Positions 19,301 to 28,174 of a stretch of 64,000 nucleotides of DNA are shown in pieces (within the stretch, counting starts at the first letter, position 1; each line of letters begins with the position of its first letter). The DNA lies in contig JAEZCV010000141.1 in the NCBI GenBank assembly GCA_023429985.1, forward strand, positions 1,857 to 65,856. Reading direction: 5' to 3'. The DNA comes from Bacteroidota bacterium. Lineage in GTDB: Bacteria > Bacteroidota > Bacteroidia > Chitinophagales > Chitinophagaceae. Both the position numbers and the translations under genes were made by a program. The notes beneath the pieces were generated by a model, which had not been told where the DNA came from, did no database searches, and was given only the letters and a program-made list of their open reading frames with translations.

Positions 19301-20502
19301 TTCTGGTAAAGGATCATTGACTTTTTATCTCTTACCTGCTGCGATACACTTCGTTTCTCATCCACCAGTGAATTGTAAAACAAGGTGAGTTTTTCTTCCG
19401 ATGTGTTTTGTGTTAATAAGTTATTTGCCAGGGCCAGGAAATCATAACCTGTTGTTCCCTCCACAGGCCAGTTAGTGGGAAGGTGTTCTCCGGGTTTAAG
19501 AATTTTTTCAACAGAAATATAAATATCGCCTGCTGCTTCACGTAATTGTTTCAAATATCCGGTGGGATCAAACAAGCCATCTATGTGGTCGATCCTCAAA
19601 CCGCTGATGAGGTTTTGTTTTACGAGAGAAAGTATAAAGGAGTGATGTTGTTCAAATACATCTTTGTTTTGAATATTAAGACAGATAAGACTATTGACGG
19701 TAAAAAATCTCCGGTAGTTTATCTGGCTGTCGGTTTCCTTCCAGTTACATAAGCGATAATGCTGTTCGTCAGCAATGTTTTTGAGTGCCTCTACATTTGA
19801 ATTGATCTTTGCAATAGTTTTTTGAATTGTTGTCCTTAAGTTTTTATCATTCCATAAGCTGTGTAACTGTACAAGGATCTCATTCCACTGGTGTTTGAAT
19901 ATATTGCGGTCTTCCTGTTGCAGTGCCTCCGTTATCAACTTCTCCAACTGTTGTAAGGAATCTGAAGGATCTGAATTTTTCAGAATGTATCGGTAAGTTC
20001 CCGGCTTTAAAGGATAAGCGTTATCAAAATATTTTAAAACCAGTTTTTCGTTTTCGTATGCAATTGTAATTTCTCCTTTTTCAATTAGCTCGCTTGCATC
20101 GGCACCCAGGAAGGGAAGCATTACCGGGCCTTTTTCAAAATCAACATCAAAGAATGAAGCATAGATGGAACTTTCTCCTTTTTCAAGTAAGTCGGCAATC
20201 CATGGGTTTTCGGGAAAGAAGGCCATGTGATTGGGAACAATATCCTGCATCCAGTTCATCTTCAACGATTTTACCTCCTTTAATAATTCAATAAAAGATT
20301 CATTGCTGCCTATTTCAGGGTTAACTGATGAAGGGTCAAGTAAATCATAACCATGATTGCTGCCTTTTACTGCTGTAAAAACAGGCGAAGCATAAATGGT
20401 TGTAATACCAAGTTTTTTTAGGTAAGGAAGAATTTTTTTTAGATGTTCAAAAGTGAAATCCTTATGAAACTGAATCCTGTATGTTGAAACTATATTCTTC
20501 AT
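16333..20502 (-). CDS. treY: Fusion of maltooligosyltrehalose synthase (TreY, GH13) and 4-alpha-glucanotransferase (MalQ, GH77)
   Basis: STYRIQF, GSNHGYD, GLRIDHIDGL, STHDTKRGED, LVDPDNRRPVD, then RSAGILLHLSSLP, YWQILPLNP, VRLDHFRAF, YTGTHDNNT in one 1389-aa ORF. Confidence 0.95.
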   Translation of the reverse strand: MKNIVSTYRIQFHKDFTFEHLKKILPYLKKLGITTIYASPVFTAVKGSNHGYDLLDPSSVNPEIGSNESFIELLKEVKSLKMNWMQDIVPNHMAFFPENPWIADLLEKGESSIYASFFDVDFEKGPVMLPFLGADASELIEKGEITIAYENEKLVLKYFDNAYPLKPGTYRYILKNSDPSDSLQQLEKLITEALQQEDRNIFKHQWNEILVQLHSLWNDKNLRTTIQKTIAKINSNVEALKNIADEQHYRLCNWKETDSQINYRRFFTVNSLICLNIQNKDVFEQHHSFILSLVKQNLISGLRIDHIDGLFDPTGYLKQLREAAGDIYISVEKILKPGEHLPTNWPVEGTTGYDFLALANNLLTQNTSEEKLTLFYNSLVDEKRSVSQQVRDKKSMILYQNMGGELENLFVLFMTSGIVNEEDYAQMRTEDIKTAIAEFLIHCPVYRFYGNEYPLAEEEQNSLQKVFTQIKTSRPDLSAATDLLAQVMLFAKNSKDEKLRSRCLYFFMRCMQFTGPLMAKGVEDTLMYTYNRFIAHNEVGDAPGAFGITLKDMHDAMLTRKHLWPHTQNATSTHDTKRGEDVRARLNVISQMPELWIEKINEWQHINKDLRVSGAPDVNDEYFIYQTLAGSWPVGNFDIDDYKNRLQEYFIKAFREAKRITNWNQPNERYEAAIKEFTASLLEPSNPFYKSFTRFIGDLTDAGIHNSIAQLVLKTIAPGIPDIYQGTELWDLSLVDPDNRRPVDYELRKNILNEIEDINPQLVENLWKEKRSGKFKLYILNKLLQLRNAYPNVFLNGEYIPLEITGKYKEFAFSFARSAGNTMIVVTIPLLSFNFKSKEKFDWANTTLRLPASKDGWKHVLLHSKTDSKEILLNDLFDTLPVSVLAGNTPGKERSAGILLHLSSLPSVYGCGDMGSEAYSFVNALSSAGLKYWQILPLNPTEEGQGFSPYSATSSFAGNPLFINPELLAEQQLLHYHEFAALKKQNSTQADFNYARQVKEKLLLKAFENFKLKGENKMASDFSNFKTRERSWLNDFALFSLLKKNNNGLPWYEWEEKQRNPDNAYKDLLENRFRDQVEFYKWIQFIFDLQWKSLKHYSNEMGVKIMGDLPFYVSYDSADVWSHPSLFMLDENGSAKFIAGVPPDAFSNEGQLWGMPVYNWQKHEETGYNWWIKRLKKNIEYFDLVRLDHFRAFDAYWEVKASEETAKNGRWVNGPGKKFFTAIHNALGELPFVAEDLGEITPSVHTLRDAFGLPGMKVLQFAFGENFNTNEHIPHHHEKNFLVYTGTHDNNTIKGWYRTETDAKTRERISGYFGMEITENNVAFQMCKMAMASVANIAILPLQDVLALNETSRMNIPSSTANNWSWSMSQPLRTRDLEEVKKWIWFYNR

Positions 20503-20507
20503 CTGCT

Positions 20508-22358
20508 TTACAAATTATTGTGATTGCAATAAACCTGTATGGATTCAGGTTGAAGTGCAATGGTTGCTGTTCCTGGCTGGTTGGCTTTTATTATGGAAGG
20601 AGTTGCAGCGGGGCCCAACCAGAAAGGATGTGCAGAATCGAGTATGCGAAACCATTGTTTTGAATACGAAGGCGGCATAATGAATTGTTGTCTTTTAGAA
20701 AAGTTCAACAAAGAAATAGTGCTTTCATCCTGATGCCAGCGATGTAACAATATGGTTTTTGCCTGTTTATTACATTCAACATGCAATTGCTTTCGTAACA
20801 GATTTTTAAGTGAAGGGTATTTCTTTCTTATTGAAATAATCTCGCGGTAAAACCGAAACATGGCCTGGTGCTTCTCTTCATTTAATAAATTCCATTGAAG
20901 TTTTGATTGTTGATATGAAGACAGCGCCAGCGGATCAGGCGCATCTTCACCACGATGGAAATCAGCAAATTCCTTTTTTCTTCCATTTCTTACCGCTTCT
21001 GCAATATCCTTATCGCCATGATCTACAAAATAAAGAAAGGGATTTGTTTCGCCCCATTCTTCTCCCATAAAAAGCATGGGTAAAAAAGGACTTACCATAA
21101 TGGCACCGGCGAGTAATTTTTGCATTTCAAAGCTATAAAGTACTGCACTTCTTTCGCCCAGCATCCGGTTTCCCACCTGGTCGTGGTTTTGCGAAAACAC
21201 AACGAACTGTTCGCCTTCGTTGGTTGATTTTCTTCCAAAAATCTTTTTACGATGAGAGGAAAACTGGCCATCGAAAACATAGGCATCCTGGTATGCTTTA
21301 GCAAGATGCTCAACACCGCTAAAGTCAGAATAATACCCTGCCGGTTTTTCACCTGCTGAAACACGGAGTGCGTGGTGAAATTCATCTATCCACTGTGCAT
21401 TCATTCCATATCCTCCCATTGAAGTGGGATTGATGAATTTAGGATCGTTCAGGTCTACTTCTGCAATTAAATAATAGCGGCGGCCTGTAATTGTTTCAAG
21501 GTCATCTTTTGTTTTTTTTATTTCTGACAAAATATGTTCAGGGCTGTGATCTTTAATGGCATGTACGGCATCAAGTCTTAAAGCATCTACATGAAAATCG
21601 CGTAGCCACATTAGGGCGTTTTCAATAAAAAAATTTCTTACGCCATCGCACCAGGCATCATCAAAATTTATTGCCTTGCCCCAGGGTGTTTTGTATTTAT
21701 CTGTAAAATAAGGTGCAAAGGATTCTGTATAATTTCCTTCCGGACCAAAATGGTTATACACAACATCTACAATTACAGCAATATCTTTTTCGTGGCAGAT
21801 ATTTACAAATTCCTGGAAGGCTTTTGGTCCTCCGTATGAATTTTGTACTGCAAAAGGATATACTCCATCATATCCCCAGTTTCTTTCTCCAGGAAACTGG
21901 GCGATGGGCATTAATTCTATTGCATTAATGCCCAGCTTTTTCAAGTGATCTAATTTTTGAATGATACCCTTGAAATTTCCTTCAGGAGAAAAACATCCGG
22001 TATGCAGTTCATAAATGATATAATCATGCTGAGGATGATTTTGCCATTGCTGGTCGGTCCATTTAAAATCCAGGTCCACAACCTGTGAATGTGCATGCAC
22101 ACCTTGCGGCTGCAATGAAGATGCAGGATCGGGCAGTTCCTGTTTGTCGTCAAGTTTGAATTTATACAGGCGTCCATCGAGGTTTTCCGGGATCTCTACA
22201 TTCCAGTATCCATATTTTGTTTTGATCAGTTGAAATTTTTTTTCATCATCAAAAATGATCTCAACCATATTTGCATCAGGAGCATACAAAAGAACCCTGG
22301 TAATGCCTTCAATAATATTTACTCCAATTGACCGGTTTTTCAGGTTGAAATTATCCAT
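20508..22358 (-). CDS. treZ: Maltooligosyltrehalose trehalohydrolase
   Basis: PDPASSLQPQGVH, NWGYDGV, LRLDAVHAI, QNHDQVGNR, MLFMGEEWG. Confidence 0.95.
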   Translation of the reverse strand: MDNFNLKNRSIGVNIIEGITRVLLYAPDANMVEIIFDDEKKFQLIKTKYGYWNVEIPENLDGRLYKFKLDDKQELPDPASSLQPQGVHAHSQVVDLDFKWTDQQWQNHPQHDYIIYELHTGCFSPEGNFKGIIQKLDHLKKLGINAIELMPIAQFPGERNWGYDGVYPFAVQNSYGGPKAFQEFVNICHEKDIAVIVDVVYNHFGPEGNYTESFAPYFTDKYKTPWGKAINFDDAWCDGVRNFFIENALMWLRDFHVDALRLDAVHAIKDHSPEHILSEIKKTKDDLETITGRRYYLIAEVDLNDPKFINPTSMGGYGMNAQWIDEFHHALRVSAGEKPAGYYSDFSGVEHLAKAYQDAYVFDGQFSSHRKKIFGRKSTNEGEQFVVFSQNHDQVGNRMLGERSAVLYSFEMQKLLAGAIMVSPFLPMLFMGEEWGETNPFLYFVDHGDKDIAEAVRNGRKKEFADFHRGEDAPDPLALSSYQQSKLQWNLLNEEKHQAMFRFYREIISIRKKYPSLKNLLRKQLHVECNKQAKTILLHRWHQDESTISLLNFSKRQQFIMPPSYSKQWFRILDSAHPFWLGPAATPSIIKANQPGTATIALQPESIQVYCNHNNL

Positions 22359-24487
22359 TATGCAAGTGGATGTTTAAGAAGTATGATAGAGCGATCAGGA
22401 ACATGCACCATTTCTCCGGCTTTGAAAATTTCGGTAGGTTCATCAACCTGGTTAAGGCTTGTGTCAAGAATTTTTATCCATGTACTTCCAAATTTTTCGG
22501 CTGGAAGTTTATAATCAAGGCCATGGTGTGCTGCATTGAAAATAATATAAAAGCTTTCATCAACTATAGGTTCGCCTTTTGGTCCGGAAGATCTTATTGT
22601 ATTGCCATTGAGGTATACACCAAGTGATTTGGCAAAATCGAGCGACCAGTTTTCTTCACTCATTTCTTCACCACCGGGATGAAACCATGCAATGTCTTCG
22701 AGACCTACACCTTTAATTGGTCTTCCCTTGAACCAGCGTTTTCTTGAAAAACTGGGATGCGATTTATAAAAATGGATCAGCTTTTTTGTATACTCCATTA
22801 ACGACTTATCGGCTGCCTCCCAATTAAGCCATGAAATTTCATTATCCTGGCAATAAGCGTTGTTGTTTCCATATTGTGTTCGACTGAATTCATCACCTGC
22901 AACAATCATGGGCACACCTTGCGATAAGAACAGTGTGGTGAGGAAGTTTCTTTTTTGTTTGTTGCGCAAGGCCAGAATGGCCTGATCATCTGTAGGTCCT
23001 TCCACGCCGCAGTTCCAGGAGCGGTTATGGGTTTCGCCATCATTGTTGTTTTCTTTATTCGCCTCGTTATGTTTTTCGTTGTAAGAAACCAGGTCGTTTA
23101 ATGTAAAGCCATCGTGAGCCGTTATAAAGTTGATGCTGGCTGTGGGTCTTCGGTAGTCATTTTTATAAAGATCTGAGCTCCCGGTAATCCTTTCTGCGAA
23201 TTCCGAAAGCATACTATCTGCACCTCTCCAGAAGTCGCGCATACAGTCGCGATATTTTCCATTCCATTCACCCCAACCCGGAGGGAATTTGCCTACCTGG
23301 TAACCACCTTCGCCAACATCCCATGGTTCTGCAATTAATTTAACCTGAGAAATAACGGGGTCCTGGTGAATGATGTCAAAAAATGCACTTAGCCTGTCTA
23401 CATCATGCAATTCTCTTGCAAGTGCCGAAGCAAGATCGAAACGGAAACCATCAACATGCATTTCCAGCACCCAGTAGCGAAGACTGTCCATGATCAATCT
23501 TAAAACATTTGGAAGTCTTGCATTTAAAGTATTGCCGGTTCCGGTATAATCCATATAGAACCTGCAGTTTTCTGTAAGGCGGTAATAAGATTGATTATCT
23601 ATCCCTCGGAAGCAAACAGTGGGTCCCATATGATTGCCTTCACCAGTATGATTATAAACCACATCAAGTATAACTTCAATTCCTGCCTGGTGAAGCGCTT
23701 TCACCATTTTTTTAAATTCTTTCACCTGTCCGCCATCTTTTCCATCTCCCGAATAGAATCGAACATCGGGTGCAAAGAATCCAATTGAATTATAGCCCCA
23801 GTAATTGGTAAGATCATTTTCCTTCAGGTGCCTGTCGGTAATAAAATGATGTACAGGCATTAATTCAATGGCATTAATACCCAGGTCTTTTAAATATTGA
23901 ATCGAAACAGGATGCGCCAGTCCCGCATAAGTTCCTCTTAAATCATCGGGTATTTCGGGATGTAACATGGTAAAACCCTTTACATGGGTTTCGTAAATAA
24001 TGGTTTTATGATAGGGTATGCGGGGATGTTTATCTCCTGCCCAGTTGAAACGGGTATCAATCACCACCGATTTAGGAACAAAAGGTGCGCTATCGAGAGT
24101 GCTGAAACTTAAATCGGCATCGGGGTGACCTACTTCATATCCAAACATGGCATCGCTCCATTGAACGGTTCCCGAAATTGCTTTTGCGTAGGGATCAAGC
24201 AATAATTTATTAGCGTTAAAACGATGGCCATTATGTGGTTCGTAAGGTCCATGAACCCGGAAGCCATAGAGTTGTCCCGGATCGATGCCCGGAAGGTAAA
24301 TGTGCCAGACATGGTTCGATCTTTCCCTGATCTTTATTCTATGCGTTTCCTGTTGAGGTTGTGTAGAATTAAATAAACATAATTCTACACCTGATGCATT
24401 TTCGGCATATAGGGCAAAATTAACTCCTTCACCGTCCCAGGTGGCTCCTAGTGGAAAGGGCTCTCCGGGATATATACTTAAGTCCAT
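22358..24487 (-). CDS. glgX: Glycogen debranching enzyme GlgX/TreX
   Basis: PLGATWDGEGVNF, NYWGYN, DGFRFDLA, LIAEPWD, FITAHDGFTL, NNNAYCQDN. ATG 24487, alternative TTG 24505. Confidence 0.97.
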   Translation of the reverse strand: MDLSIYPGEPFPLGATWDGEGVNFALYAENASGVELCLFNSTQPQQETHRIKIRERSNHVWHIYLPGIDPGQLYGFRVHGPYEPHNGHRFNANKLLLDPYAKAISGTVQWSDAMFGYEVGHPDADLSFSTLDSAPFVPKSVVIDTRFNWAGDKHPRIPYHKTIIYETHVKGFTMLHPEIPDDLRGTYAGLAHPVSIQYLKDLGINAIELMPVHHFITDRHLKENDLTNYWGYNSIGFFAPDVRFYSGDGKDGGQVKEFKKMVKALHQAGIEVILDVVYNHTGEGNHMGPTVCFRGIDNQSYYRLTENCRFYMDYTGTGNTLNARLPNVLRLIMDSLRYWVLEMHVDGFRFDLASALARELHDVDRLSAFFDIIHQDPVISQVKLIAEPWDVGEGGYQVGKFPPGWGEWNGKYRDCMRDFWRGADSMLSEFAERITGSSDLYKNDYRRPTASINFITAHDGFTLNDLVSYNEKHNEANKENNNDGETHNRSWNCGVEGPTDDQAILALRNKQKRNFLTTLFLSQGVPMIVAGDEFSRTQYGNNNAYCQDNEISWLNWEAADKSLMEYTKKLIHFYKSHPSFSRKRWFKGRPIKGVGLEDIAWFHPGGEEMSEENWSLDFAKSLGVYLNGNTIRSSGPKGEPIVDESFYIIFNAAHHGLDYKLPAEKFGSTWIKILDTSLNQVDEPTEIFKAGEMVHVPDRSIILLKHPLA

Positions 24488-24525
24488 TTGATATCTTTTT
24501 TCCAATTCCTGCGTGGGTTAAATAG

Positions 24526-24540
24526 TCAATTGTCTTGCCA
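24526..24540 (-). promoter_or_regulatory. Candidate sigma54-type promoter for the glgX-treZ-treY operon
   Basis: Minus strand TGGCAAG-ACAA-TTGA: good -24 match with GG-N10-G spacing. Confidence 0.55.
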
Positions 24541-24627
24541 CCATATTATGAAATAAACCATTACCAGGGATTTAAATAATTCATTAGCAGCAAATAAGAT
24601 TTTAGTTAAATTGAAAATCAATCAACC

Positions 24628-25296
24628 ATGAACTGGTCGGAACACCTGGTAAATTTTTATAAAGATCTGAAACCGCCCTCACTTCAAGGAGGGATGGAAT
24701 GGATGCACCCTCATATTTCACCCGAAGTGGCCGACGTTGCAGGAAGTTTTTACAATAAATTTTTCAACGACAGGCATCCCAGGCTCATTTTGCTGGGCAT
24801 TAACCCCGGCAGGTTTGGAGCTGGCGTAACAGGCATAAATTTTACGGCACCGCGTCAGCTGGATGAAGTGGGCATATCGCACCCATTTAAGAATCAATCC
24901 GAACTTTCAGCAGGATTTATATATGAAATGATAGATGCCTTTGGTGGAGCAAAGGCGTTTTATGCAAATTGCGTTTTGGGTTCGGTTTGTCCGCTGGGAT
25001 TAACATTTAAAGGAAAGAACATCAATTATTATGATGATAAGGAGGTGATGGAAGCGTTGCGGCCATTTATTGTATCGAGCATGAATAGCCTGCTTCAACT
25101 TCCTTACAGGCCTGTTGCAATTTCAATTGGAGGCGAAAAAAACTTTAAATACCTGCAGAAGATCAATCATGAAAACCGGTGGTTTGAAAAAATTGATAAA
25201 CTGGCGCATCCACGTTTTATCATGCAATATCGAAGGAAGGAAAAGGACGCGTATATAAATGAGTATGTGGAAACGATAAGAAAATATTTACTGTAA
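24628..25296 (+). CDS. Uracil-DNA glycosylase superfamily protein (SMUG2/DUF4918-like)
   Basis: LGINPGRFGAGVTGINFT, ELSAGFIY, NINYYD, LAHPRFIMQY. Confidence 0.88.
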   Translation: MNWSEHLVNFYKDLKPPSLQGGMEWMHPHISPEVADVAGSFYNKFFNDRHPRLILLGINPGRFGAGVTGINFTAPRQLDEVGISHPFKNQSELSAGFIYEMIDAFGGAKAFYANCVLGSVCPLGLTFKGKNINYYDDKEVMEALRPFIVSSMNSLLQLPYRPVAISIGGEKNFKYLQKINHENRWFEKIDKLAHPRFIMQYRRKEKDAYINEYVETIRKYLL

Positions 25297-25369
25297 CAGT
25301 AAACTAAAGAAGACTAATAAAATTTCCACCTTATTGGCATTTCCTTAATTTCATTGTGGATTCTTATTT

Positions 25370-26410
25370 ATGAATAACAACACGATCGACAGCAACCTGC
25401 TGCGCCAGATATTTTTTATAGCGGTAATACTGTTCCTGGGGATTGTATTATTTCGCGAGCTCCTGTTTTTTCTGTCTGCTTTTTTGGGATCCATAACTTT
25501 TTATGTTGTTATGCGCGACCGCATGTTTTACCTGACAGAGAAAAGAAAATGGAGGCATAGTTCGGCTGCGTGGACGTTGATGCTGCTTTCTTTTTTTGTA
25601 ATTCTTATGCCCATAGGATTGCTGGGAAATATTTTATATGAAAAAGCCAGTTATGTTGTAACGCATTCCGAGGAAATGATAGCCTCATTAAAGAATGTTG
25701 TGAATAAGATAAGCAGCCAGATAGGATACCAGATCATTGATCCGGGCACTATTAACCGGCTGGGTAACTATGTAGCAGAATTGCTTCCAAAAGTATTAGG
25801 GGTAACCTTCAATACCATTACACAAATTGCAAGTATGTATTTCATATTATACTTCATGCTTGTAAACGGGAGAAAAATGGAGGAGGCATTATATGAATAC
25901 ATTCCGCTTAAGGACAATAATGTTGAACTGCTGGGATCCGAATCACGAACCATCATTATGTCGAATGCCATAGGTATTCCGCTTATTGCATTGATTCAGG
26001 GCGTGGTGGCGCTTATAGGCTACCTCATCATTGGCGTTCCGGAGCCTTTTCTTTGGTTTGTAGCCACCAGTATTGCAGCTATGATGCCTGTGGTAGGTGC
26101 TGCGCTAATTTATGGCCCCATGACCATATGGCTATTTGCACAGGGTGAAACCGGGAAGGGAATCGCATTAGCTTTGTGGGGATTTGGAATTGTGGGACTG
26201 GTTGATAATTTATTCAGGTTTTTGGTTAACAAGAAATTAGGCAATATTCACCCTTTGATAACCATTTTCGGAGTGCTGGTAGGTATTCAGCTGTTTGGCT
26301 TTATCGGGCTCATCTTTGGGCCACTCCTGATAAGCCTGTTTATCCTCTCCTTACGCATCTATTCTTCTGAATTCATTGTTAAGAAACGAGTTATTAACAG
26401 AGTGAAATAG
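25370..26410 (+). CDS. AI-2E family transporter
   Basis: Multi-TM; PVVGAALI, DNLFR, IHPLITIFGVLVGIQLFGFIGLIFGP. Confidence 0.92.
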   Translation: MNNNTIDSNLLRQIFFIAVILFLGIVLFRELLFFLSAFLGSITFYVVMRDRMFYLTEKRKWRHSSAAWTLMLLSFFVILMPIGLLGNILYEKASYVVTHSEEMIASLKNVVNKISSQIGYQIIDPGTINRLGNYVAELLPKVLGVTFNTITQIASMYFILYFMLVNGRKMEEALYEYIPLKDNNVELLGSESRTIIMSNAIGIPLIALIQGVVALIGYLIIGVPEPFLWFVATSIAAMMPVVGAALIYGPMTIWLFAQGETGKGIALALWGFGIVGLVDNLFRFLVNKKLGNIHPLITIFGVLVGIQLFGFIGLIFGPLLISLFILSLRIYSSEFIVKKRVINRVK

Positions 26411-26563
26411 GGAAATACCGACACAATATTTTAAATTCGTGTAACGTTTTTCCCAGTACCAGAAAACATCAGAAAAAAAATTTTAGCTAACCCTTGCAAG
26501 TGTAAATCCTTGTTGATACATTCACACTTCGTGGCGTTACATCATCCCGAAAAACCTATAGCC

Positions 26564-27322
26564 TTGCGTAAAATTTATTTGCCTTTATCAATTATCTGTC
26601 TTGTCGCCACATTTTTAATGCTGCCTGTTGTTAAAGCGGGAAATAACAAGGCATTTTCAGCTTCCAAACCAGAAAAGGAAATCCTGGTTAAAGAAATTAA
26701 TGAAGAAGAAGATAAGCTTAGTGCCGAAGCCAGAGCTGCCAGTTTATATGAAAATATGGAGCTGGAAAAAATTGGTCTGACAAAGGATGCTCTTGTCTAT
26801 GCCATGAAAGGATATGAAAAATTGCTTGAAGCCGGCAAGATCAAAAAATCCTCAGTATTAACTGTAATTGATTTCAGTCAGCGCTCAGATAAGAAAAGAA
26901 TGTACATAATTGATGTAGAGAAGGAAGAAGTTCTCATCAACACTTATGTTTCCCATGGGAAAAATACAGGGTTGAAGTATGCAGAGAAATTTTCCAATAT
27001 TCACGAATCGCTTCAGAGCAGTCTTGGTTTTTATGTAACCAAGGGTACTTATCATGGAAAGCATGGCTTAAGCTTAAGGCTTGGCGGAATGGAAGAAAAG
27101 TTTAATGATAATGCGGAATCGAGAGCCATCGTGGTTCATGGCGCTACTTATATTGGAGCGCACAGGTTGAAGGCTGCTTATATGGGCCGAAGCTTTGGTT
27201 GCCCTGCAGTACCAAAGGAAATTTCTGCTAAAGTTATCAACCTGATTAAAGACGGAACTTGTATGTTCATATATCATCCATCAAACAATTACCTAAAGGG
27301 GTCCAAATTACTAAACGGCTGA
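26564..27322 (+). CDS. L,D-transpeptidase catalytic domain protein (YkuD_2)
   Basis: VIDFSQRS, VSHGKN, SSLGFY, RAIVVHGA...GRSFGCPA catalytic His/Cys; start uncertain (TTG 26564 or 26510). Confidence 0.9.
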   Translation: MRKIYLPLSIICLVATFLMLPVVKAGNNKAFSASKPEKEILVKEINEEEDKLSAEARAASLYENMELEKIGLTKDALVYAMKGYEKLLEAGKIKKSSVLTVIDFSQRSDKKRMYIIDVEKEEVLINTYVSHGKNTGLKYAEKFSNIHESLQSSLGFYVTKGTYHGKHGLSLRLGGMEEKFNDNAESRAIVVHGATYIGAHRLKAAYMGRSFGCPAVPKEISAKVINLIKDGTCMFIYHPSNNYLKGSKLLNG

Positions 27323-27350
27323 TTTTGGACGCAAACAAGGATGGATGAAC

Positions 27351-27389
27351 AAAGCCCACCGTACCCTATGGTTGGGCTTTTGTTTTTTT
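27351..27389 (+). terminator. Intrinsic terminator
   Basis: AAAGCCCACC...GGTTGGGCTTT plus T-tract between convergent genes. Confidence 0.7.
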
Positions 27390-27404
27390 AGCAGTTGAAG
27401 AAAA

Positions 27405-28061
27405 TTATCTTACAAATAAGAAGGCAATCAGCTGTGCCAGCATACCTATAAAAATTCCGGTATACAATTCACGCGGACTATGATCGCCATTAACCAGGCG
27501 GGAAGAGGCTACCAATCCTCCCAGTAAAAAAATTACCGAAATGTAATATCCGAGATTGTCGTAAGACCTTAATCCGACGATGATCAAAATAGTGGCCACT
27601 ACTCCAACAGCCATTCCGTGCATACTTAATTTAATAAATGAATTCAGCAGTAAACCCATACTGTTGGCAATAAATATGGCCAGGCTAAACATTACTATGG
27701 TTTTGGGAAAATGCTGGTTCTTGAAAACATACCATACCCAGAAATAAAAAATGCCGGTTATGATGTAGGGAATGATCCGCTCTTTTTGTGTTGTAAGCTG
27801 TAAAGAAGGAATAAACCCAAGTTTCCTGGCTATAAGCATGGTAACCAGTGGAAGAAAACTATAATTTAAGACAAAGCTGATGATTAGTTTTGACTTGTTC
27901 CAACTGTCGAGTTGAGGAAAAAGGTTCAATACATAAAGAAAAAACCAGCCCATGTAAACTGGTATAAAAAGAGGATGAAAGATCACCGAAACAATTTTGG
28001 CCCCCAGTTTAACGGCTGGATGAAAATCAATTTTTTCTTCAGTTTGCAATGTTTCGGTCAT
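27405..28061 (-). CDS. PAP2-like integral membrane protein
   Basis: Multi-TM; SVIFHPLF, KLSMHG and SSRL...H...ELYTG motifs. Confidence 0.75.
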   Translation of the reverse strand: MTETLQTEEKIDFHPAVKLGAKIVSVIFHPLFIPVYMGWFFLYVLNLFPQLDSWNKSKLIISFVLNYSFLPLVTMLIARKLGFIPSLQLTTQKERIIPYIITGIFYFWVWYVFKNQHFPKTIVMFSLAIFIANSMGLLLNSFIKLSMHGMAVGVVATILIIVGLRSYDNLGYYISVIFLLGGLVASSRLVNGDHSPRELYTGIFIGMLAQLIAFLFVR

Positions 28062-28174
28062 TTTGCAAACTTAAAGTCAGTAAATGAGAATCTCATAAAT
28101 GCCGGAAAAAGATTTTCATGGAAGAGCCTCTAAACAACTAAACCTGTCTGCGGCAGGCATTCAACAAATTCCTT

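Noticed and set aside
28143..28159. CCTGTCTGCGGCAGGCA, resembling a short Bacteroidota palindromic repeat
   Set aside because: One degenerate copy only; no second clear copy in the window to support a repeat family.
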